Source: an uncultured Opitutales bacterium (GTDB taxonomy: Bacteria; Verrucomicrobiota; Verrucomicrobiia; Opitutales; JABDGR01). From it: DNA of 64,000 bases. Position 1 is the first letter of the stretch, and each line of letters opens with the position of its first letter. Of this stretch, positions 9,528-17,134 are shown piece by piece. The stretch spans positions 26,500 to 90,499 of the forward strand of contig CAZLRH010000008.1 of assembly GCA_964562015.1 (NCBI GenBank), read 5' to 3'. The notes beneath the pieces were generated by a model, which was not told where the DNA came from, did no database searches, and saw nothing but the letters and a program-made list of their open reading frames with translations. Position numbers and translations under genes: made by a program.

Positions 9528-12239
9528 ATGAGTTTTAACATCAACGGAAAATCCTGCACCGCCGAGCCGCGGCCCGGCCAATGCCTGCGCACGTTCGTGC
9601 GCGAGCAGGGCTGGTTCGGCGTCAAAAAAGGCTGTGATGCGGGCGATTGCGGCGCCTGCACTGTGTGGCTCGATGGGCAGCCGGTGCATAGTTGCCTGAC
9701 GCCCGCGTTTCGGGCGGCGGAGCGGAAAGTCACCACCATCGAGGGCCTGGCGAAGGATGGCGAACTGCACCCGATGCAACAGGCCTTTCTCGCCGCACAA
9801 TCTTACCAATGCGGGTTTTGCACCGCGGGCATGATCATGACTTCCGCCACTTTTTCCGAGGCGGACAAAAAGGATTTGGCCTTCCACTTAAAGGGAAATT
9901 TTTGCCGGTGCACGGGTTATCGCGCCATCGACGATGCGATTCATGGCGTGGCCCATGTCGAGGCGGACAGCCCCGGCGCGAGTGTCGGGCGGAATCTCGC
10001 GAATCCGCACGGACCGTCCATCGTCACCGGGCAGGCGCGTTACACTGCCGATGTCGTGATGGACGGGATGCTGCATTTGAAAGTGCTGCGCTCGCCGCAC
10101 GCGCACGCGCGCATCGTCGCCATTCGCCGGGACAAGGCGCTCGCGGTGCCCGGCGTGCAAGCCATTTTCACATGGGAAGACGTGCCCCGTCTGCCCTACG
10201 GCACCGGCAATCACGAAGACTACCACGTGGAACCGGACGACACCTACATCCTCGACAACGTGGTCCGGTTTGTGGGCCAGCGCCTCGCGGCGGTCGTCGC
10301 CGACACCGAAGGCGCGGCGGAGGAAGCCTGCCGCCTGCTCGAGGTGGATTACGAAATTCTGCCCGCCGTCTTTGATCCCGAGGAAGCGATGAGCGGCAAG
10401 GCACCCATCATTCATCCGAAGGACGCCTCCGCCCGCATCGCCAATCCCAGCCGCAACATCGTCCGCGAAATTCATGGCGGAAACGGCAACATCGAGCAGG
10501 GTTTTCGCGACGCCGACGAAATTTACGAGGAAGTTTTTGAAACGCACCGCCAGCAGCACGCGCACCTCGAAACGCATCAATCGATCAGCTACCTGAGTCC
10601 CGACGGGCGCATTCACGTCCGCACCAGCACCCAGGCCCCGTATCCGACCAAGGCCAAACTCGCCTATCTGTTCAGCCGGCCCCCGGATGATTTCCATATC
10701 TACACCGAGCGCGTCGGCGGCGGTTTCGGGGCCAAACAGGAAATGATCAATGAGGAATTGTGCGTGCTCGCCACCCTCAAGACTGGCCGGCCCGTGAAAT
10801 GGGAATTCACCCGCACGGAGGAGTTTATCGCGACCGTCACGCGGCATCCTTTCAAAATCTGGATTAAAATGGGCGCCAAAAAGGACGGCACCATGACGGC
10901 GGTGCAACTGCGCGTGCTTTCCAACACCGGCGCCTATGGCAACCACGCGGCCGACGTGCTCGGGCATTCGCTGAATGAGTCGCTGACCGTCTATCGTTGC
11001 GCGAACAAAAAGGTCGATGCCTTTGCGGTTTACACGAACACCGTGCCCAGCGGCGCGTTCCGCGGTTATGGCATCACGCAGACGACTTTTGCCATGAGTT
11101 GCGCCCTGGACGAACTCGCGCACCGCCTCGGCGTCGATCCCTCGGTGATGCGGCGCAAAAACATCATTCGCGAGGGCGACACGCTGTTGAGCATCTGGCC
11201 CGGTCCGTCCGATGTTGAAATCGGCAGCTACGGCCTCGAACAATGTCTGGACCTGGTGGAGAACGCGCTCGCGAGCGGCCGCGGCCAACCCAAACCGGCC
11301 GGGGACGATTGGCTCGAAGGCCAGGGCGTCGCCTTGAGCATGCTCGATAGTGCCCCACCCTTGCACCGTTCGGAGGCCCGCATCGATTTGCTGACGGACG
11401 GTACGTACACGGTCGCGGTCGGCACCACTGAATTTGGCAATGGCACTGTCACCGTTCACGCCCAAATTGCGGCGACGGTCCTTGGTTGCGGCGTTAACCG
11501 CGTCCGCGTGATCAACGCGGACACGGACAAAGCCGGTTACGACACGGGAACTTTTGGCAGCGTGGGCACGAGCATCACCGGCACGGCAGTCCGCGCCGCG
11601 GCGGCGGCCCTCAAAGTGCAAATGCTGGCCCTGGCACAACGTTATACTGGCGCGGCGCTCAAGGACTGCACGCTCGGCGACGGAGAATTTCGCTGCGGCG
11701 ACCGCACCTTGGCCCTAGCCGAGCTCTTTAGGTTGGCGACCCAAGACGGGCAAAAGGTCAACGCCATGCGCAAATGCGCGGGCGCGACGCGCACGGTCAC
11801 CTTCAATGTGCACGGCTTTCGCCTCGCGGTGCACCGCATCACCGGCCAGATTGAAATTCTGCATAGCGTGCACGCCGCTGATGCCGGCACCGTCATCAAC
11901 CCGATGCAGTGCCGCGGCCAGGTCGAGGGTTCGATTGCCCAGGGCATTGGGTGGATTCTGTTCGAGCGCATGGATTTCGGCCCCGATGGGTCCGTCACCA
12001 ATCCGACCTTTCGCAACCACCGGATTCCATCGTTTGGAGACATTCCGCGCAGCGAGGTTTATTTCGCGGACACCTACGACACCGTCGGGCCGCTCGGCGC
12101 GAAGTCGATGAGCGAAAGCCCTATCAACCCCGTGGCGCCGGCGTTCGCCAATGCGTTGCGCGCGGCCACCGGCCACCGCTTCACCTGCCTGCCGTTTAGC
12201 GCCGATCGGATTTTTCAACAACTCAGCCCGAAATCATGA
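9528..12239 (+). CDS. Xanthine dehydrogenase/aldehyde oxidase family, fused 2Fe-2S (small) and molybdopterin-binding (large) subunit
   Basis: N-terminus has both [2Fe-2S] motifs (CDAGDCGACTV and QCGFCTAGMIM...CRCTGY). These are followed by an Ald_Xan_dh_C hammerhead and MoCo domains (GGGFGAK, the GQVEGSIAQGIG glutamate loop). An alternative TTG start lies at 9522. Confidence 0.9.
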   Translation: MSFNINGKSCTAEPRPGQCLRTFVREQGWFGVKKGCDAGDCGACTVWLDGQPVHSCLTPAFRAAERKVTTIEGLAKDGELHPMQQAFLAAQSYQCGFCTAGMIMTSATFSEADKKDLAFHLKGNFCRCTGYRAIDDAIHGVAHVEADSPGASVGRNLANPHGPSIVTGQARYTADVVMDGMLHLKVLRSPHAHARIVAIRRDKALAVPGVQAIFTWEDVPRLPYGTGNHEDYHVEPDDTYILDNVVRFVGQRLAAVVADTEGAAEEACRLLEVDYEILPAVFDPEEAMSGKAPIIHPKDASARIANPSRNIVREIHGGNGNIEQGFRDADEIYEEVFETHRQQHAHLETHQSISYLSPDGRIHVRTSTQAPYPTKAKLAYLFSRPPDDFHIYTERVGGGFGAKQEMINEELCVLATLKTGRPVKWEFTRTEEFIATVTRHPFKIWIKMGAKKDGTMTAVQLRVLSNTGAYGNHAADVLGHSLNESLTVYRCANKKVDAFAVYTNTVPSGAFRGYGITQTTFAMSCALDELAHRLGVDPSVMRRKNIIREGDTLLSIWPGPSDVEIGSYGLEQCLDLVENALASGRGQPKPAGDDWLEGQGVALSMLDSAPPLHRSEARIDLLTDGTYTVAVGTTEFGNGTVTVHAQIAATVLGCGVNRVRVINADTDKAGYDTGTFGSVGTSITGTAVRAAAAALKVQMLALAQRYTGAALKDCTLGDGEFRCGDRTLALAELFRLATQDGQKVNAMRKCAGATRTVTFNVHGFRLAVHRITGQIEILHSVHAADAGTVINPMQCRGQVEGSIAQGIGWILFERMDFGPDGSVTNPTFRNHRIPSFGDIPRSEVYFADTYDTVGPLGAKSMSESPINPVAPAFANALRAATGHRFTCLPFSADRIFQQLSPKS

Positions 12240-13204
12240 GCGCGCCCTCCATCCTCATCGCCACCGCCAAAGTCCGCCCGGGCAAGGAATCCGATTTTCT
12301 GGCCTGGCAGGTGCGCCACAATGCCGTCATCGCAAAGTTCCCCGGCTTCGTGAGCAGCGACATCATGCCGCCGGGCGCGGGCAGCGGGGCGGACTGGACC
12401 ATCGTGTTGAATTTTCAGACGCCCGACCAGATGCGCATCTGGCAGGAATCCTCCGAGCGCGCCGGGCTCATCGCGGAGGCCGTCCCCTTTCTCATTGGCG
12501 GCACGCTCGGGCAGGTCATGTCCACCGCGAAGGCGGAAAGCAAGCCGGAGACGAATGTCACCGAAGTGATTCTCTCGAAGATCAAGGAAGGGATGGAAGA
12601 CAGCTATCGCGAATGGTGTGTGCGGATTCAAAGCGCCCAATCAAAATATCCGGGTTACCGCGGCATGTATTTGCAGCCGCCGACGAGCAACGAGGGCCGG
12701 TGGACGACGTTGATTCGTTATGATACCGCCGAACACATGGAGGCCTGGATGGCCGCGCCCGAACGCGCGGAACTTTTAAAGGAATCGACGGCGTTCATCG
12801 AACACGAGGAGTTGACCCGCCTGGCGACCTCTTTTCCCGGCTGGGTGCCGGTGAATCCGGAGACCGGCAAGGGCCCGCCCAATTGGAAGACTTCCCTGCT
12901 CGTGCTGCTCGGCTTGTTTCCCATTGTGATGCTAGAAATGAAATTCCTCAGCCCGATTTTGACCGGGACGAGCCCGACGCAAAGTTTTGGCCTGGGACTT
13001 CATGCGTCGATGGCGACTTTTATCGGCAACGTCGGCAGCGTGTTTGCCACCAGCTATCTGACCATGCCGCTCTTCATCCGCTGCTTCAGCTGGTGGCTCT
13101 TTCCCGAGAAGGAAACGGCAGCCAACTCGGCCCGGGGATTCTTGATTTTGGCCCTGCTTTTCGCGGCGGAAATCGGGCTGCTCTGGAATCTGCTGCCGTG
13201 GTAG
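12236..13204 (+). CDS. Membrane-anchored tandem ABM (antibiotic-biosynthesis-monooxygenase-like) domain protein
   Basis: Two ferredoxin-like ABM-type halves (ILIATAKVRPGKE... and VTEVILSKIKEGME...) followed by about three TM helices. The ATG overlaps the XDH stop (ATGA). Confidence 0.6.
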   Translation: MSAPSILIATAKVRPGKESDFLAWQVRHNAVIAKFPGFVSSDIMPPGAGSGADWTIVLNFQTPDQMRIWQESSERAGLIAEAVPFLIGGTLGQVMSTAKAESKPETNVTEVILSKIKEGMEDSYREWCVRIQSAQSKYPGYRGMYLQPPTSNEGRWTTLIRYDTAEHMEAWMAAPERAELLKESTAFIEHEELTRLATSFPGWVPVNPETGKGPPNWKTSLLVLLGLFPIVMLEMKFLSPILTGTSPTQSFGLGLHASMATFIGNVGSVFATSYLTMPLFIRCFSWWLFPEKETAANSARGFLILALLFAAEIGLLWNLLPW

Positions 13205-13335
13205 CCCAGGGGTGGTGGCACGTCCTGAGATTTCTTAAGGCAGGGTAAGGCCCCATGCCCGGCCGTTTGACACGCCGGAGGGCCGGGGCGAGGTTTGGGG
13301 TGATGCTTACTGCACCCCTTAACCTCACCCACGCC

Positions 13336-13971
13336 ATGAAAACACGCTTCTTTGTTTTTATCGCTCAACTCACTTTCCTTTTCGCCCCGGCAGCGCTTCT
13401 CGCTGCCCCCGCGAGCGAAACCAAACCCGCAGGGGCTTCCGCCACCGCCTCGGCCAACACCACGAGTGGCGCCGCCACTGCGAACAGTCCATTATCCACC
13501 GGCGGCAATGCCACCAGCCCGGCCATGAGTCCGCTCTCCACCGGCGGCAATGTCGCCCACCCTGCCAACAGCCCGCTTTCCACCGGTGGCAATGCGACCA
13601 CTCCGGCCACCAGCCCTTTATCCACGGGCGGCAACGCCAGCGCCCCAGCTTCGAGTCCGCTCTCCACCGGTCCGGCGCCCGCACCGCAAAGCATGGTGCC
13701 ACCGAGCGGCACGACGGTTCCGCCGGCCGGCACCACCGTCCCGCCCGCAGGCACCATCGTCCCAGCGCCGGGAACCGTGGCCATTCCAGGATCGGGCAAT
13801 AGCACCGTCCCCAACGCCGGCAACTTTTCCGCCAACACCACCACCGGCAATCTTACGCCCAGCCTTTCCGGCAATGGTTCCGGCAACCTGACCGGCAATT
13901 CCGTCACTGGCAATGTGACGCCGCGCAACCATGAGATGACGCCGATGAACGGGGCCGCGCCCCAGCCGTAA
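13336..13971 (+). CDS. Secreted Ser/Thr/Asn/Pro-rich tandem-repeat protein
   Basis: Signal peptide MKTRFFVFIAQLTFLFAPAALLAAPA. Five 14-aa SPLSTGGNAxxPAx repeats, 7-aa PP(S/A)GTTV repeats, and a GN(L/V)T-rich tail. Confidence 0.65.
   Translation: MKTRFFVFIAQLTFLFAPAALLAAPASETKPAGASATASANTTSGAATANSPLSTGGNATSPAMSPLSTGGNVAHPANSPLSTGGNATTPATSPLSTGGNASAPASSPLSTGPAPAPQSMVPPSGTTVPPAGTTVPPAGTIVPAPGTVAIPGSGNSTVPNAGNFSANTTTGNLTPSLSGNGSGNLTGNSVTGNVTPRNHEMTPMNGAAPQP
13486..13672 (+). repeat. 42-bp tandem repeat (about 4.4 copies) encoding SPLSTGGNAxxPAx
   Basis: agtccattatccaccggcggcaatgcc... recurs every 42 nt with synonymous and missense drift. Confidence 0.85.
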
Positions 13972-14020
13972 AAGGTCTGGCAATTGATAATAATAGTTTA
14001 AAGCATCAGGGCGCTGCGCC

Positions 14021-15790
14021 CTACTTGAGTTGCGGCACGCCATCGAGCCAGGTTTCGCGCACTTGCAGGTGCTGAATGCGCTCGGGATGCACGGCGGCGG
14101 GATCGTCCGAGAGGACGACGAAATCGGCGCGCTTGCCGACTTCGAGACTGCCCACGAGGTTATCAACGTGGCATTGCCAGGCCGCATCGAGGGTCATGGC
14201 GCGGATGCCTTGGTCGGCGGTGATGCGTTCGGCGGCATTGAGCACGCTGCCTTGGTCGTAATACAGCGAGCGCGTGACCGCGTTGGAAATGTAGCGGAGC
14301 GGCGCGATGGTCGTGACGTTGAAATCCGAGTGCATCGAGATGCGCAGGCCGGCGCGCAAGGCCGAGAGGCAGGGATCAAGCTGGCTCGACCGCTGCGGCC
14401 CGAGGATGTGGTCGCGAAAGGCCTGCCCCCAATAATACACGTGGCCGATGAGGAACGAAGGCGACAAACCCATTTTAGCCATTTCCTTGATCTGCGGCGC
14501 GTGCAGGAGCGTGCAATGCTCGATGCGGTGGCGGCGCGCGAGGCCGGATTGGCCGCCGAGCACCTCGCGGTAAACATCGAGCGTGGCGTCGATCGCGGCA
14601 TCGCCGTTGGCGTGGATGGCAAATTGCCAGCCTTGATCCGCCACGGAGCGCATCAGCCCGATGAGTTCCGCGCGGGAATAGTCGGCCACCCCGCGGCTGT
14701 CGGTGTCGAGGTACGGTTGGCGCACAAAACCGGACTCGGCCTGCATTGAGCCGTCCATCCAAAATTTTACTCCGGTAATTTTAAAGCGGTCGTTGCCGTA
14801 GCCGGGGTGGATTTTACTAAAATCCCATTCATCGAGCAGGTAGCCCGAAAGAAACGCGGTGTAACGCACGGGCTGGTTCTCGGCCATGATGCCCTGGAGG
14901 AACGGCAGGTCCGCCGTCCCATAACTTAAACCGAGACCGGCGTCGTGCACGCTCGTGCAACCGGCGCGCGCGGCTTGCTTGAAAAGATTTTTGATGCGCC
15001 CGCGCACCTGGCTGATGGTCGCGCCTGGCATCACTTCATAAAAGGCGGTATAGGCGGGAATTTCCTCGAGGCGGCCCGTCAGATGGCCTTGGGCGTCGTG
15101 CACATAAACACCGCCAGAGGGGTTCGACGTGCTGTCGTTTATACCCGCCGCCGTGAACGCGAGGGAATTGACGTGGGCAATGTGGCCGTTGTCCTCCTGC
15201 ATGAACACTGGATTGTCCGGGGTGATGGGGTCGAGAATGCCGACGTTGGGCTGTGGGCCGGATTGCAAGGCCGGATCGAGGCCGGTGGCCTGAATCCATT
15301 CCCCGGGCGCCAGGGTTTTGGCGGCGGCCTTGAGCTTGGCCAGCGCATCGGCGATGGTTTTCACGCCAGACAACGGACTGACATCGATCCAAGTGTTCTG
15401 CGCCTCGAAACACGTGTGCATGTGCGGCTCGATGAAACCCGGCAGCAGCGCGCCACCGTCGAGGTTGATCAATTTCGTCCGCGGGCCGCGATGGCTCATA
15501 CACTGCCCCAGCCCACCGACCGCAATGATTTTATTCCCCCGCACCGCCAACGCCGCGACGCGCGCATTTTTTGCATTCACCGTGACGATCGTGCCGCCAT
15601 GAAAAATAAAATCGGCCGGGCCGGTGGCGTCGGCGTGACGCACCACGGCCGCTGGAAGTTCGGGCGCCATCAGCGCCGGGAGGGCCGCCGCGCCGAGGCC
15701 GAGAAAACGCCGGCGCGTCAAGCGCGTGCAAGGGCAGGCGCACACTTTGGGCGCGCCGAAAATACGGTATTGGCGATTCGCAGGATTCAT
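14021..15790 (-). CDS. Tat-exported metal-dependent amidohydrolase (Amidohydro_3-like)
   Basis: Twin-arginine signal TRRRFLGLGAAALPAL. FIEPHMH metal motif, and later HANGDAAID and HCTLL. ATG at 15790 preferred over TTG at 15796. Confidence 0.8.
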   Translation of the reverse strand: MNPANRQYRIFGAPKVCACPCTRLTRRRFLGLGAAALPALMAPELPAAVVRHADATGPADFIFHGGTIVTVNAKNARVAALAVRGNKIIAVGGLGQCMSHRGPRTKLINLDGGALLPGFIEPHMHTCFEAQNTWIDVSPLSGVKTIADALAKLKAAAKTLAPGEWIQATGLDPALQSGPQPNVGILDPITPDNPVFMQEDNGHIAHVNSLAFTAAGINDSTSNPSGGVYVHDAQGHLTGRLEEIPAYTAFYEVMPGATISQVRGRIKNLFKQAARAGCTSVHDAGLGLSYGTADLPFLQGIMAENQPVRYTAFLSGYLLDEWDFSKIHPGYGNDRFKITGVKFWMDGSMQAESGFVRQPYLDTDSRGVADYSRAELIGLMRSVADQGWQFAIHANGDAAIDATLDVYREVLGGQSGLARRHRIEHCTLLHAPQIKEMAKMGLSPSFLIGHVYYWGQAFRDHILGPQRSSQLDPCLSALRAGLRISMHSDFNVTTIAPLRYISNAVTRSLYYDQGSVLNAAERITADQGIRAMTLDAAWQCHVDNLVGSLEVGKRADFVVLSDDPAAVHPERIQHLQVRETWLDGVPQLK

Positions 15791-15997
15791 AGGCAAGCGT
15801 TTCGGCGTGAGCTAAAACAGGCAGCACTTTTTCGACCAGCCACGACAAATTAAGACGGGAATTCTCAACAACCAAGAGAAACAATCTGTCTGGGGTGTTT
15901 TTTGGCGAAGATTGGGCATCTGCCGCAACCCCAAATTCCCCTTTACAGCGCGCGCCGTGTTCGCCGCATTTCGCGAAGCACCCGCCGCGAGAGGAAA

Positions 15998-17134
15998 CTA
16001 CTTCGCCGTGCTGTTGGCCGACAAATTCGCTGAACTCGTTGCGGTCACCGGCGCCGCCGTTGACGGGCTCGCCGCCGGCACATAAATCGCCGCAAGCTTG
16101 CGTAGGAGCGTTTCGAGCGAGGTATAATAGGCGTCGGCGTCCATTTGGGTCTTACGGCTGCGGAGTTGCTCGAGCTGGCGTTCGTACTGTTCGCGCAGTT
16201 GCAATTGCTCGTTCGAAAGCAGCAGGTCGGCGGCGGGCGGCACGAGAGCGAGGACGCGGGCGCGGGCGCCATCGGGCGCGACGCTGTTGTTCTGCGGGCG
16301 TTTCACCACCCGGGTGCCATTGAACCAGTCGGAGGGTGTGCCGCGTTGATCGCCGTTGTCATCGATCAAGGCGTGCTCGGTGGCCATACGGTCGTTTTCC
16401 TTGTAGAAATCCTGCACCTGCTTGGCCGCAAAAACAAAGGCCTCGAGCACGGAGGTCTGGCCGTCGCGGTCGAGGTCCGCCGCAGGATTGGCGACCGCGA
16501 GCGCAAACATTTCGCCGAAACGCGCGTAGTTGGACTCGCGGCCATTTTGCGTCGCGGTGACGATGATGCGATTGGGCGCGGACACCGCCGCGAGGAACGG
16601 CGCGCTCGCGGAGCTGCCATCCACGACAACCAAGGGCCGGTGCACGGGCTTCAGCCAGGTGGCCAGTTCCGTCGCGGAAACATCGGGCCCCCGAAAACCG
16701 AGGCGGGCTTCGCGACCATCGAAGGTGCCGTGACCGATGTAAACAATCCATGCCGGCGCGGAGGAATTCGGGTCGAGCTTTTGAATCCACTCGTAAAGCA
16801 AATCGCGGTCAGTCGGTGTTTTCGCGGAGGCGTTGGCGGTCAACGTGCCCGCGGCATTCGAGGCGGTTAACACCGGATCCAGACCCAGAATGCGGATGTT
16901 AGCACCGGCACGGGCGGCGGCGTCCTGCCAGGCCTTGGCGGCAGCGGCGAAGCCAGGCGCGTAGGCGTCCTCCCCCGGCGCGCCGACGATGACGAGAATA
17001 TCCTGCTTGGGCGGGGCGGCGGCTGGTGACGTAGAAACGGCGACATTGCCCGCGGGTGCCGGGGCGGAGGGAACCGGGGTGTCGGCGGTCGCCGCAGCCA
17101 CGAGGGTCAGTAGTCCTAAAAAGTGAGAAATCAT
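15998..17134 (-). CDS. Secreted protein with caspase/legumain (C13)-like core; the expected Cys position reads Ser
   Basis: Signal peptide MISHFLGLLTLVAAATA. The IVYIGHGTFDG ... LVVVDGSSASAPFL ... IIVTATQNGRES layout parallels the His-Gly / D-x-C-x-SG blocks of C13-like hydrolases. The start overlaps the upstream stop (ATGA at 17131-17134). Confidence 0.4.
   Translation of the reverse strand: MISHFLGLLTLVAAATADTPVPSAPAPAGNVAVSTSPAAAPPKQDILVIVGAPGEDAYAPGFAAAAKAWQDAAARAGANIRILGLDPVLTASNAAGTLTANASAKTPTDRDLLYEWIQKLDPNSSAPAWIVYIGHGTFDGREARLGFRGPDVSATELATWLKPVHRPLVVVDGSSASAPFLAAVSAPNRIIVTATQNGRESNYARFGEMFALAVANPAADLDRDGQTSVLEAFVFAAKQVQDFYKENDRMATEHALIDDNGDQRGTPSDWFNGTRVVKRPQNNSVAPDGARARVLALVPPAADLLLSNEQLQLREQYERQLEQLRSRKTQMDADAYYTSLETLLRKLAAIYVPAASPSTAAPVTATSSANLSANSTAK

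Noticed and set aside
9888-11639. 583-aa minus-strand ORF inside the xanthine dehydrogenase gene
   Set aside because: Its Arg/Gly/Ala-rich composition is typical of antisense frames in high-GC DNA. The plus-strand frame carries unambiguous 2Fe-2S and MoCo motifs.
14006-14020. Small agggc-gctgc-gccct hairpin between the convergent repeat-protein and amidohydrolase genes, considered as a bidirectional terminator
   Set aside because: The stem is only 5 bp with no U/A tracts, and it abuts the amidohydrolase stop codon. It is too weak to call.
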